Below, piece by piece: positions 22,981 through 36,999 of a DNA stretch of 64,000 nt. The notes below the pieces were generated by a model. The model was given only the letters and a program-made list of their open reading frames with translations. It had not been told where the DNA came from and made no database searches. The translations under genes were made by a program, and so were the position numbers. Position 1 is the stretch's first letter; each line of letters opens with the position of its first letter. Origin of the DNA: Azolla caroliniana (lineage: Eukaryota > Plantae > Polypodiophyta); assembly GCA_043228905.1 (NCBI GenBank), contig JBHGNT010000010.1:434001-498000 (forward strand). Direction: 5' to 3'.

Positions 22981-25900
22981 TTTGAAAATCTTGATTTTTT
23001 AATTCCATATTATAGGTAGCGTTGTTAGCTTCGAATCGCATGTTTGAACACAAAAATCCGATATCACATGGGCCAGGTATGAACATTTTAATTTACTCAC
23101 GGGCTCTTCTCAACTCCTTCTTCTAACTTGCCAATTTCTTCATGTCTCTCGACCTGAGTTTCAAAATCTTGATTTTTTAATTTCATATCATAGATAGCGT
23201 TGTTAGCTTCGAATTGCATGTTTGAACACAAAAATCCGATATCACATGGGCCAGGTATGAACATTTTAATTTACTCACAGGCTCTTCTCAACTCCCTCTT
23301 CTAACTTGCCAATTTCTTCATGTCTCTCGACCTGAGTTTCAAAATCTTGATTTTTTAATTCCATATCATATAGCTTCGATACGCATGTTTAAACACTAAA
23401 ATCACACGAGCCCGGTATGAACATTGTAATTTAGTCACGCGCTCTTCTTAACTCCCTCCTCGAATTTGGTACTTTCTTCATGTCTCGTGACCTGAGTTTC
23501 AAAATCATGATTTTTTAATTCTATATCATAGCTAGTGTTGTTAGCTTCAATTCGCATGTTTTAACACAAAAATCCGGGATCACACGAGCCAGGTATGAAC
23601 ATTTGAATTTAGTCAGGCGCTCTTCTAAACTCCCTCCTCAAATTTGGTAATTTCTTCATGTCTCTCGACCTGAGTTTTAAAATCTTGATTTTTTAATTCC
23701 ATATCATAGGTAGCGTTGTTAGCTTCGATTCGCAGGTTTGAACACTGAAATCCAGGATCACACGAGCCATGTATGAACATTTTAATTTACTCACGGGCTC
23801 TTCTCAACTCCCTCCTCAAATTTGGTATTTTCTTCATGTCTCTCGACTTGAGTTTCAAAATCTTGATTTTTTCATTCCCTATCTTAGGTAGCGTTGTTAG
23901 CTTCGAATAGCAAGTTTGAACACAAAAAACCGAGATCACACGAGCCAGGTATGAACATTTTAATTTACTCACGCGCTCTTCTCAACTCCCTCGTCAAATT
24001 TGGTAATTTCTTCATGTCTCTCGACCTGAGTTTCAAAATCTCGATTTTTTAATTCCATATTATAGGTAGCGTTGTTAGCTTCGATTCGCATCTTTGAACA
24101 CTAAAATCCTAGATCACATGGGCCAGGTATGAACATGTTAATTTACTCACGGGCTCTTCTCAACTCCCTCTTCTAACTTGGTAATTTCTTCATGTCTCTC
24201 GACTTGAGTTTCAAAATCTTGATTTTTTAATTCCATATCATAGGTAGCGTTGTTAGTTTCGATTCCCATGTTTGAACACAAAAATCCGATATTACACGAG
24301 CCAGGTATGAACATTTTAATTTACTCACGCGCTCTTCTCAACTCCTTCCTCGAATTTGTTAGTTTCTTCATGTCTCTCGACTTGAGTTTCAAAATCTTGA
24401 TTTTTTAATTCCATATCATAGGTAGCGTTGTTAGTTTTGATTCCCATGTTTGAACACAGAAATCCGATATTACACGAGCCAGGTATGAACATTTTAATTT
24501 ACTTACGCGCTCTTCTCAACTCCCTCCTCAAATTTGGTAATTTTTTCATGTCTCTCGACTTGAGTTTCAAAATCTTGATTTTTTAATTCCATATCATAGG
24601 TAGCGTTGTTAGCTTCGAATCGCAAGTTTGAACACAAAAAACCGAGATCACACGAGCCAGGTATGAACATTTGAATTTACTCACGCGCTCTTCTCAACTC
24701 CCTCGTCAAATTTGGTAATTTCTTCATGTCTCTCGACCTGAATTTCAAAATCTCGATTTTTTAATTCCATATTATAGGTAGCGTTGTTAGCTTCGATTCG
24801 CATCTTTGAACACTAAAATCCTAGATCACATGGGCCAGGTATGAACATTTTAATTTACTCACGGGCTCTTCTCAACTCACTCTTCTAACTTGGTAATTTG
24901 TTCATGTCTCTCGACCTGAGTTTCGAAATCTTGATTTTTTAATTCCATATCATAGCTAGTGTTGTTAGCTTCCATTCGCATATTTAAACACTAAAATCCG
25001 GGATCACACGAGCCAGGTATGAACATTTTAATTTAATCACGCGCTCTTCTCAACTCCCTCGTCAAATTTGGTAATTTCTTCATGTCTCTCGACCAGAGTT
25101 TCAAACTCTTGATTTTTTAATTCTATATCATAGCTAGTGTTGTTAGCTTCGATTCGCATCTTTGAACACAAAAATCTGGTATCACACGAGCCAGGTATGA
25201 AAATTTTAAATTAGTCACGGGCTCTTCTCAACTCCCTCCTCAAATTTGGTAATTTCTTCATGTCTCTCGACCTGAGTTTCAAAATCTTAATTTTTTAATT
25301 CCATATCATAGCTAGTGTTGTTAGCTTCGATTCGAATGTTTGAACACAGAAATCCGGGATCACATGAGCCAGGTATGAACATTTTAATTTAGTCACACGC
25401 TCTTCTCAACTCCCTCCTCGAATTTGGTAGTTTCTTCATGTCTCTCGACTTGAGTTTCAAAATCTTGATTTTTTAATTCCATATCTTAGGTAACGTTGCT
25501 AGCTTCTAATCGCAAGTTTGAACACCAAAAACCGAGATCACACGAGCCAGGTATGATCATTTTAATTTACTCACGCGCTCTTCTCAACTCCCGCCTCGAA
25601 TTTGGTAGTTTCTTCATGTCTCTCGACTTCAATTTCAAAATCTTGATTTTTTAATTCCATATCATAGGTAGCGTTGTTAGTTTCGATTCCCATGTTTGAA
25701 CACAAAAATCCGATATTACACGAGCCAGGTATGAACATTTTAATTTACTCACGCGCTCTTCTCAACTCCCTCCTCGAATTTGGTAGATTCTTCATGTCTC
25801 TCGACTTGAGTTTCAAAATCTTGATTTTTTCATTCCCTATCTTAGGTAGCGCTATTAGCTTCGAATCGCAAGTTTGAACACAAAAAACCGAGATCACACG

Positions 25901-28900
25901 TGCCAGGTATGAACACGTGCCAGGTATGAACATTTTAATTTACTCACGCGCTCTTCTCAACTCCCTCCTCAAATTTGGTAATTTGTTCATGTCTCTCGAC
26001 CTGAGTTTCAAAATCTTGATTTTTTAATTCCATATCTTAGGTAGCGTTGCTAGCTTCTAATCGCAAGTTTGAATACCAAAAACCGAGATCACACGAGCCA
26101 GGTATGAACATTTTAATTTACTCACGCGCTCTTCTCAACTCCCTCCTCGAATTTGGTAGTTTCTTCATGTCTCTGGACTTGAGTTTCAAAATCTTGATTT
26201 TTTAATTCCATATCATAGGTAGCGTTGTTAGTTTCGATTCCCATGTTTGAACACAAAAATCCGATATTACACGAGCCAGGTATGAACATTTTAATTTACT
26301 CACGCGCTCTTCTCAACTCCCTCCTCAAATTTGGTAATTTCTTCATATCTCTCGACTTGAGTTTCAAAATCTTGATTTTTTAATTCCATATCATAGGTAG
26401 CGTTGTTAGCTTCGAATCGCAAGTTTGAACACAAAAAACCGAGATCACACGAGCCAGGTATGAACATTTTAATTTACTCACGCGCTCTTCTCAACTCCCT
26501 CGTCAAATTTGGTAATTTCTTCATGTCTCTCGACCTGAGTTTCAAAATCTCGATTTTTTAATTCCATATTATAGGTAGCGTTGTTAGCTTCGATTCGCAT
26601 CTTTGAACACTAAAATCCTAGATCACATGGGCCAGGTATGAACATGTTAATTTACTCACGGGCTCTTCTCAACTCCCTCTTCTAACTTGGTAATTTCTTC
26701 AGGTCTCTCGACCTGAGTTTCGAAATTTTTGATTTTTTAATTCCATATCTTAGGTAGCGTTGCTAGCTTCTAATCGCAAGTTTGAACACCAAAAACAGAG
26801 ATCACACGAGCCAGGTATGAACATTTTAATTTACTCACGCGCTCTTCTCAACTCCCTCCTCGAATTTGGTAGTTTCTTCATGTCTCTCGACTTGAGTTTC
26901 AAAATCTTGATTTTTTAATTCCATATCATAGGTAGCGTTGTTAGTTTCGATTCCCATGTTTGAACACAAAAATCCGATATTACACGAGCCAGGTATGAAC
27001 ATTTTAATTTACTCACGCGCTCTTCTCAACTCCCTCATCAAATTTGGTAATTTCTTCATGTCTCTCGACTTGAGTTTCAAAATCTTGAGTTTCAAAATCT
27101 TGATTTTTTAATTCCATATCATAGGTAGCGTTGTTAGCTTCGAATGGCAAGTTTGAACACAAAAAACCGAGATCACACGAGCCAGGTATGAACATTTTAA
27201 TTTACTCACGCGCTCTTCTCAACTCCCTCGTCAAATTTGGTAATGTCTTCATGTCTCTCGACCTGAGTTTCAAAATCTCGATTTTTTAATTCCATATCAT
27301 AGGTAGCGTTGTTTGCTTCGATTCGCATGTTTGAACACAGAAATCCGGGATCACACGAGCCAGGTATGAACATTTTAATTTAGTCACGCGCTCTTCTCAA
27401 CTCCCTCCTCGAATTTGGTACTTTCTTCATGTCTCGTGACCTGAGTTTCAAAATCATGATTTTTTAATTCTATATCCTAGCTAGTGTTGTTAGCTTCAAT
27501 TCGCATGTTTTAACACAAAAATCAGGGATCACACGAGCCAGGTATGAACATTTGAATTTAGTCACGCGCTCTTCTAAACTCCGTCCTCAAATTTGGTAAT
27601 TTCTTCATGTCTCTCGACCTGAGTTTTAAAATCTTGATTTTTTAATTCCATATCATAGGTAGCGTTGTTAGCTTCGATTCGCAGGTTTGAACACTGAAAT
27701 CCAGGATCACACGAGCCATGTATGAACATTTTAATTTACTCACGGGCTCTTCTCAACTCCCTCCTCAAATTTGGTAATTTCTTCATGTCTCTCGACTTGA
27801 GTTTCAAAATATTGATTTTTTCATTCCCTATCTTAGGTAGCGCTGTTAGCTTCGAATCGCAAGTTTGAACACCAAAAACCGAGATCACACGAGCCAGGTA
27901 TGAACATTTTAATTTACTCACGCGCTCTTCTCAACTCCCTCCTCAAATTTGGTAATTTGTTCATGTCTCTCGACCTGAGTTTCAAAATCTTGATTTTTTA
28001 ATTCCATATCTTAGTTAGCGTTGCTAGCTTCTAGTCGCAAGTTTGAACACCAAAAACCGAGATCACACGAGCCAGGTATGAACATTTTAATTTACTCACG
28101 CGCTCTTCTCAACTCCCTCCTCGAATTTGGTAGTTTCTTCATGTCTCTCGACTTGAGTTTCAAAATCTTGATTTTTTAATTCCATATCATAGGTAGCGTT
28201 GTTAGCTTCGAATCGCAAGTTTGAACACAAAAATCCGATATTACACGAGCCAGGTATGAACATTTTAATTTACTCACGCGCTCTTCTCAACTCCCTCGTC
28301 AAATTTGGTAATTTCTTCATGTCTCTCGACCTGAGTTTCAAAATCTCGATATTGTAATTCCATATCATAGGTACCGTTGTTAACTTCGATTCGCATGTTT
28401 GAACACAGAAATCCGGGATCACACGAGCCAGGTATGAACATTTTAATTTAGTCACGCGCTCTTCTCAACTGCCTCCTCGAATTTGGTACTTTCTTATGTC
28501 TCGTGACCTGAGTTTCAAAATCATGATTTTTTAATTCTATATCATAGCTAGTGTTGTTAGCTTCAATTCGCATGTTTTAACACAAAAATCAGGGATCACA
28601 CGAGCCAGGTATGAACATTTGAATTTAGTCACGCGCTCTTCTAAACTCCGTCCTCAAATTTGGTAATTTCTTCATGTCTCTCGACCTGAGTTTTAAAATC
28701 TTGATTTTTTAATTCCATATCATAGGTAGCGTTGTTAGCTTCGATTCGCAGGTTTGAACACAGAAATCCAGGATCACACGAGCCATGTATGAACATTTTA
28801 ATTTACTCACGGGCTCTTCTCAACTCCCTCCTCAAATTTGGTAATTTCTTCATGTCTCTCGACCTGAGTTTTAAAATCTTGATTTTTTAATTCCATATCA

Positions 28901-30399
28901 TAGGTAGCGTTGTTAGCTTCGATTCGCAGGTTTGAACACAGAAATCCAGGATCACACGAGCCATGTATGAACATTTGAATTTACTCACGCGCTCTTCTCA
29001 ACTCCCTCGTCAAATTTGGTAATTTCTTCATGTCTCTCGACCTGAGTTTCCAAAACTTGATTTTTTAATTCCATATTATAGGTAGCGTTGTTAGCTTCGA
29101 TTCGCATCTTTGAACACTAAAATCCTATGTCACATGGGCCAGGTATGAACATTTTAATTTACTCACGGGCTCTTCTCAACTGCCTCTTCTAACTTGGTAA
29201 TTTCTTCATGTTTGTCGACCTGAGTTTCGAAATCTTGATTTTTTCATTCCCTATCTTAGGTAGCGCTGTTAGCTTCGAATCGCAAGTTTGAACAGAAAAA
29301 ACCGAGATCACACGAGCCAGGTATGAACATTTTAATTTACTCACGCGCTCTTCTCAACTCCCTCCTCAAATTTGGTAATTTGTTCATGTCTTTCGACCTG
29401 AGTTTCAAAATCTTGATTTTTTAATTCCATATCTTAGGTAGCGTTGCTAGCTTCTAATCGCAAGTTTGAACACCAAAAACCAAGATCACACGAGCCAGGT
29501 ATGAACATTTTAATTTAGTCACGCGCTCTTCTCAACTCCCTCCTCGAATTTGGTACTTTCTTCATGTCTCGTGACCTGAGTTTCAAAATCATGATTTTTT
29601 AATTCTATATCATAGCTAGTGTTGTTAGCTTCAATTCGCATGTTTTAACACAAAAATCAGGGATCACACGAGCCAGGTATGAACATTTGAATTTAGTCAC
29701 GCGCTCTTCTAAACTCCCTCCTCAAATTTGCTAATTTCTTCATGTCTCTCGACCTGAGTTTTAAAATCTTGATTTTTTAATTCCATATCATAGGTAGCGT
29801 TGTTAGCTTCGATTCGCAGGTTTGAACACAGAAATCCAGGATCACACGAGCCATGTATGAACATTTTAATTTACTCACGGGCTCTTCTCAAATCCCTCCT
29901 CAAATTTGGTAATTTCTTCATGTCTCTCGACTTGAGTTTCAAAATCTTGATTTTTTCATTCCCTATCTTAGGTAGCGCTGTTAGCTTCGAATCGCAAGTT
30001 TGAACACAAAAAACCGAGATCACACGAGCCATATATGAACATTTTAATTTACTCACGGGCTATTCTCAACTCCCTCCTCAAATTTGGTAATTTACTCACA
30101 CGATTCGCATCTTTGAACACTAAAATCCGAGAACACATGGGCCAGGTATGAACATTTTAATTTACTCACGCGCTCTTCTCAACTGCCTCGTCAAATTTGG
30201 TAATTTCTTCATGTCTCTCGACCTGAGTTTTTCAAAATCTTGATTTTTTAATTCTATATCATAGCTAGTGTTGTTAGCTTCGATTCGCATCTTTGAACAC
30301 AAAAATCTGGTATCACACGAGCCAGGTATGAAAATTTTAAATTAGTCACGGGCTCTTCTCAACTCCCTCCTCAAATTTGGTAATTTCTTCATGTCTCTC

Positions 30400-33300
30400 G
30401 ACCTGAGTTTCAAAATCTTGATTTTTTAATTCCATATCATAGGTAGCGTTGTTAGCTTCGATTCGCATGTTTGAACACAGAAATCCGGGATCACACGAGC
30501 CCGGTATGAACATAGTAATTTAGTCACGCGCTCTTCTCAACTCCCTCCTCGAATTTGGTACTTTCTTCATGTCTCGTGACCTGAGTTTCAAAATCATGAT
30601 TTTTTAATTCTATATCATAGCTAGTGTTGTTAGCTTCAATTCGCATGTTTTAACACAAAAATCCGGGATCACACGAGCCAGGTATGAACATTTGAATTTA
30701 GTCACGCGCTCTTCTAAACTCCCTCCTCAAATTTTGTAATTTCTTCATGTCTCTCAACCTGAGTTTTAAAATCTTGATTTTTTAATTCCATATCATAGGT
30801 AGCGTTGTTAGCTTCGATTCGCAGGTTTGAACACAGAAATCCAGGATCACACGAGCCATGTATGAACATTTTAATTTACTCACGGGCTCTTCTCAACTCC
30901 CTCCTCAAATTTGGTAATTTCTTCATGTCTCTCGACTTGAGTTTCAAAATCTTGATTTTTTCATTCCCTATCTTAGGTAGCGCTGTTAGCTTCGAATCGC
31001 AAGTTTGAACACAAAAAACCGAGATCACACGAGCCAGGTATGAACATTTTAATTTACTCACGCGCTCTTCTCAACTCCCTCCTCAAATTTGGTAATTTGT
31101 TCATGTCTTTCGACCTGAGTTTCAAAATCTTGATTTTTTAATTCCATATCTTAGGTAGCGTTGCTAGCTTCTAATCGCAAGTTTGAACACCAAAAACCGA
31201 GATCACACGAGCCAGGTATGAACATTTTAATTTACTCACGCGCTCTTCTCAACTCCCTCCTCGAATTTGGTAGTTTCTTCATGTCTCTCGACTTGAGTTT
31301 CAAAATCTTGATTTTTTAATTCCATATCATAGGTAGCGTTGTTAGTTTCGATTCCCATGTTTGAACACAAAAATCCGATATTACACGAGCCAGGAATGAA
31401 CATTTTAATTTACTCACGCGCTCTTCTCAACTCCTTCCTCGAATTTGGTAGTTTCTTCATGTCTCTCGACTTGAGTTTCAAAATCTTGATTTTTTAATTC
31501 CATATCATAGGTAGCGTTGTTAGTTTTGATTCCCATGTTTGAACACAAAAATCCGATATTACACGAGCCAGGTATGAACATTTTAATTTACTTACGCGCT
31601 CTTCTCAACTCCCTCCTCAAATTTGGTAATTTCTTCATGTCTCTCGACTTGAGTTTCAAAATCTTGATTTTTTAATTCCATATCATAGGTAGCGTTGTTA
31701 GCTTCGATTCGCATGTTTGAACACAGAAATCCGGGATCACACGAGCCAGGTATGAACATTTGAATTTACTCACGCGCTCTTCTGAACTCCCTCCTCGAAT
31801 TTGGTACTTTCTTCATGTCTCATGACCTGAGTTTCAAAATCATGATTTTATAATTCTATATCATAGCTAGTGTTGTTAGCTTCAATTCGCATGTTTTAAC
31901 ACAAAAATCAGGGATCACACGAGCCAGGTATGAACATTTGAATTTAGTCACGCGCTCTTCTAAACTCCCTCCTCAAATTTGGTAATTTCTTCATGTCTCT
32001 CGACCTGAGTTTTAAAATCTTGATTTTTTAATTCCATATCATAGGTAGCGTTGTTAGCTTCGATTCGCAGGTTTGAACACAGAAATCCAGGATCACACGA
32101 GCCATGTATGAACATTTTAATTTACTCACGGGCTCTTCTCAACTCCCTCCTCAAATTTGGTAATTTCTTCATGTCTCTCGACCTGAGTTTTAAAATCTTG
32201 ATTTTTTAATTCCATATCATAGGTAGCGTTGTTAGCTTCGATTCGCAGGTTTGAACACAGAAATCCAGGATCACACGAGCCATGTATGAACATTTTAATT
32301 TACTCACGGGCTCTTCTCAACTCCCTCCTCAAATTTGGTAATTTCTTCATGTCTCTCGACCTGAGTTTCAAAATCTTGATTTTTTAATTCCATATCATAG
32401 GTAGCGTTGTTAGCTTCGATTCGCATGTTTGAACACAGAAATCCGGGATCACACGAGCCCGGTATGAACATTGTAATTTAGTCACGCGCTCTTCTCAACT
32501 CCCTCCTCGAATTTGGTACTTTCTTCATGTCTCGTGACCTGAGTTTCAAAATCATGATTTTTTAATTCTATATCATAGCTAGTGTTGTTAGCTTCAATTC
32601 GCATGTTTTAACACAAAACTCCGGGATCACACGAGCCAGGTATGAACATTTGAATTTAGTCACGCGCTCTTCTAAACTCCCTCCTCAAATTTGGTAATTT
32701 CTTCATGTCTCTCAACCTGAGTTTTAAAATCTTGATTTTTTAATTCCATATCATAGGTAGCGTTGTTAGCTTCGATTCGCAGGTTTGAACACAGAAATCC
32801 AGGATCACACGAGCCATGTATGAACATTTTAATTTACTCACGGGCTCTTCTCAACTCCCTCCTCAAATTTGGTAATTTGTTCATGTCTCTCGACTTGAGT
32901 TTCAAAATCTTGATTTTTTCATTCCCTATCTTAGGTAGCGTTGCTAGCATCTAATCGCAAGTTTGAACACAAAAAACCGAGATCACACGAGCCAGGTATG
33001 AACATTTTAATTTACTCACGCGCTCTTCTCAACTCCCTCCTTGAATTTGGTAATTTGTTCATGTCTTTCGACCTGAGTTTCAAAATCTTGATTTTTTAAT
33101 TCCATATCTTAGGTAGCGTTGCTAGCTTCTAATCGCAAGTTTGAACACCAAAAACCGAGATCACACGAGCCAGGTATGAACATTTTAATTTACTCACGCG
33201 CTCTTCTCAACTCCCTCCTCGAATTTGGTAGTTTCTTCATGTCTCTCGACTTGAGTTTCAAAATCTTGATTTTTTAATTCCATATCATAGGTAGCGTTGT

Positions 33301-35450
33301 TAGTTTCGATTCCCATGTTTGAACACAAAAATCCGATATTACACGAGCCAGGTATGAACATTTTAATTTACTCACGCGCTCTTCTCAACTCCTTCCTCGA
33401 ATTTGGTAGTTTCTTCATGTCTCTCGACTTGAGTTTCAAAATCTTGATTTTTTAATTCCATATCATAGGTAGCGTTGTTAGTTTTGATTCCCATGTTTGA
33501 ACACAAAAATCCGATATTACACGAGCCAGGTATGAACATTTTAATTTACTTACGCGCTCTTCTCAACTCCCTCCTCAAATTTGGTAATTTCTTCATGTCT
33601 CTCGACTTGAGTTTCAAAATCTTGATTTTTTAATTCCATATCATAGGTAGCGTTGTTAGCTTCGATTCGCATGTTTGAACACAGAAATCCGGGATCACAC
33701 GAGCCAGGTATGAACATTTGAATTTACTCACGCGCTCTTCTGAACTCCCTCCTCGAATTTGGTACTTTCTTCATGTCTCATGACCTGAGTTTCAAAATCA
33801 TGATTTTATAATTCTATATCATAGCTAGTGTTGTTAGCTTCAATTCGCATGTTTTAACACAAAAATCAGGGATCACACGAGCCAGGTATGAACATTTGAA
33901 TTTAGTCACGCGCTCTTCTAAACTCCCTCCTCAAATTTGGTAATTTCTTCATGTCTCTCGACCTGAGTTTTAAAATCTTGATTTTTTAATTCCATATCAT
34001 AGGTAGCGTTGTTAGCTTCGATTCGCAGGTTTGAACACAGAAATCCAGGATCACACGAGCCATGTATGAACATTTTAATTTACTCACGGGCTGTTCTCAA
34101 CTCCCTCCTCAAATTTGGTAATTTCTTCATGTCTCTCGACCTGAGTTTCAAAATCTTGATTTTTTAATTCCATATCATAGGTAGCGTTGTTAGCTTCGAT
34201 TCGCATGTTTGAACACAGAAATCCGGGATCACACGAGCCCGGTATGAACATTGTAATTTAGTCACGCGCTCTTCTCAACTCCCTCCTCGAATTTGGTACT
34301 TTCTTCATGTCTCGTGACCTGAGTTTCAAAATCATGATTTTTTAATTCTATATCATAGCTAGTGTTGTTAGCTTCAATTCGCATGTTTTAACACAAAACT
34401 CCGGGATCACACGAGCCAGGTATGAACATTTGAATTTAGTCACGCGCTCTTCTAAACTCCCTCCTCAAATTTGGTAATTTCTTCATGTCTCTCAACCTGA
34501 GTTTTAAAATCTTGATTTTTTAATTCCATATCATAGGTAGCGTTGTTAGCTTCGATTCGCAGGTTTGAACACAGAAATCCAGGATCACACGAGCCATGTA
34601 TGAACATTTTAATTTACTCACGGGCTCTTCTCAACTCCCTCCTCAAATTTGGTAATTTGTTCATGTCTCTCGACTTGAGTTTCAAAATCTTGATTTTTTC
34701 ATTCCCTATCTTAGGTAGCGTTGCTAGCATCTAATCGCAATTTTGAACACAAAAAACCGAGATCACACGAGCCAGGTATGAACATTTTAATTTACTCACG
34801 CGCTCTTCTCAACTCCCTCCTTGAATTTGGTAATTTGTTCATGTCTTTCGACCTGAGTTTCAAAATCTTGATTTTTTAATTCCATATCTTAGGTAGCGTT
34901 GCTAGCTTCTAATCGCAAGTTTGAACACCAAAAACCGAGATCACACGAGCCAGGTATGAACATTTTAATTTACTCACGCGCTCTTCTCAACTCCCTCCTC
35001 GAATTTGGTAGTTTCTTCATGTCTCTCGACTTGAGTTTCAAAATCTTGATTTTTTAATTCCATATCATAGGTAGCGTTGTTAGTTTCGATTCCCATATTT
35101 GAACACAAAAATCCGATATTACACGAGCCAGGTATGAACATTTTAATTTACTCACGCGCTCTTCTCAACTCCTTCCTCGAATTTGGTAGTTTCTTCATGT
35201 CTCTCGACTTGAGTTTCAAAATCTTGATTTTTTAATTCCATATCATAGGTAGCGTTGTTAGTTTTGATTCCCATGTTTGAACACAAAAATCCGATATTAC
35301 ACGAGCCAGGTATGAACATTTTAATTTACTTACGCGCTCTTCTCAACTCCCTCCTCAAATTTGGTAATTTCTTCATGTCTCTCGACTTGAGTTTCAAAAT
35401 CTTGATTTTTTAATTCCATATCATAGGTAGCGTTGTTAGCTTCGAATCGC
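30400..35450 (+). repeat. 10/11-monomer higher-order repeat, ~3 copies; ends approximate
   Basis: CTTACGCGCT at 31591, 33549 and 35329 (offsets 1958 = 11x178 and 1780 = 10x178); identical pseudo-ORFs at 32763 and 34543. Confidence 0.85.
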
Positions 35451-36999
35451 AAGTTTGAACACAAAAAACCGAGATCACACGAGCCAGGTATGAACATTTG
35501 AATTTACTCACGCGCTCTTCTCAACTCCCTTGTCAAATTTGGTAATTTCTTCATGTCTCTCAACCTGAATTTCAAAATCTCGATTTTTTAATTCCATATT
35601 ATAGGTAGCGTTGTTAGCTTCGATTCGCATCTTTGAACACTAAAATCCTAGATCACATGGGCCAGGTATGAACATTTTAATTTACTCACGGGCTCTTCTC
35701 AACTCGCTCTTCTAACTTGGTAATTTCTTTATGTCTCTCGACCTGAGTTTCGAAATCTTGATTTTTTAATTCCATATCATAGCTAGTGTTGTTAGCTTCC
35801 ATTCGCATATTTAAACACTAAAATCCGGGATCACACGAGCCAGGTATGAACATTTTAATTTAATCACGCGCTCTTCTCAACTCCCTCGTCAAATTTGGTA
35901 ATTTCTTCATGTCTCTCGACCAGAGTTTCAAACTCTTGATTTTTTAATTCTATATCATAGCTAGTGTTGTTAGCTTCGATTCGCATCTTTGAACACAAAA
36001 ATCTGGTATCACACGAGCCAGGTATGAAAATTTTAAATTAGTCACGGGCTCTTCTCAACTCCCTCCTCAAATTTGGTAATTTCTTCATGTCTCTCGACCT
36101 GAGTTTCAAAATCTTGATTTTTTAATTCCATATCATAGCTAGTGTTGTTAGCTTCGATTCGAATGTTTGAACACAGAAATCCGGGATCACATGAGCCAGG
36201 TATGAACATTTTAATTTAGTCACAAGCTCTTCTCAACTCCCTCCTCGAATTTGGTAGTTTCTTCATGTCTCTCGACTTGAGTTTCAAAATCTTGATTTTT
36301 TAATTCCATATCTTAGGTAACGTTGCTAGCTTCGAATCGCAAGTTTGAACACCAAAAACCGAGATCACACGAGCCAGGTATGATTATTTTAATTTACTCA
36401 CGCGCTCTTCTCAACTCCCGCCTCGAATTTGGTAGTTTCTTCATGTCTCTCGACTTGAGTTTCAAAATCTTGATTTTTTAATTCCATATCATAGGTAGCG
36501 TTGTTAGTTTCGATTCCCATGTTTGAACACAAAAATCCGATATTACACGAGCCAGGTATGAACATTTTAATTTACTCACGCGCTCTTCTCAACTCCCTCC
36601 TCAAATTTGGTAATTTCTTCATGTCTCTCGACTTGAGTTTCAAAATCTTGATTTTTTAATTCCATATCATAGGTAGCATTGTTAGCTTCGAATCGCAAGT
36701 TTGAACACAAAAAACCGAGATCACACGAGCCAGGTATGAACATTTTAATTTACTCACGCGCTCTTCTCAACTCCCTCGTCAAATTTGGTAATTTCTTCAT
36801 GTCTCTCGACCTGAGTTTCAAAATCTCGATTTTTTAATTCCATATCATAGGTAGCGTTGTTAGCTTCGATTCGCATGTTTGAACACAGAAATCCGGGATC
36901 ACACGAGCCAGGTATGAACATTTGAATTTACTCACGCGCTCTTCTGAACTCCCTCCTCGAATTTGGTACTTTCTTCATGTCTCATGACCTGAGTTTCAA

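Larger units (their letters stand above)
1..23400 (+). repeat. Satellite domain A (monomers rich in CTTCTAACTTGCCAAT, GATATCACATGGG and CACGGGCTC variants)
   Basis: The ACTTGCCAAT variant is frequent up to ~23310 and was not seen afterwards. Confidence 0.85.
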
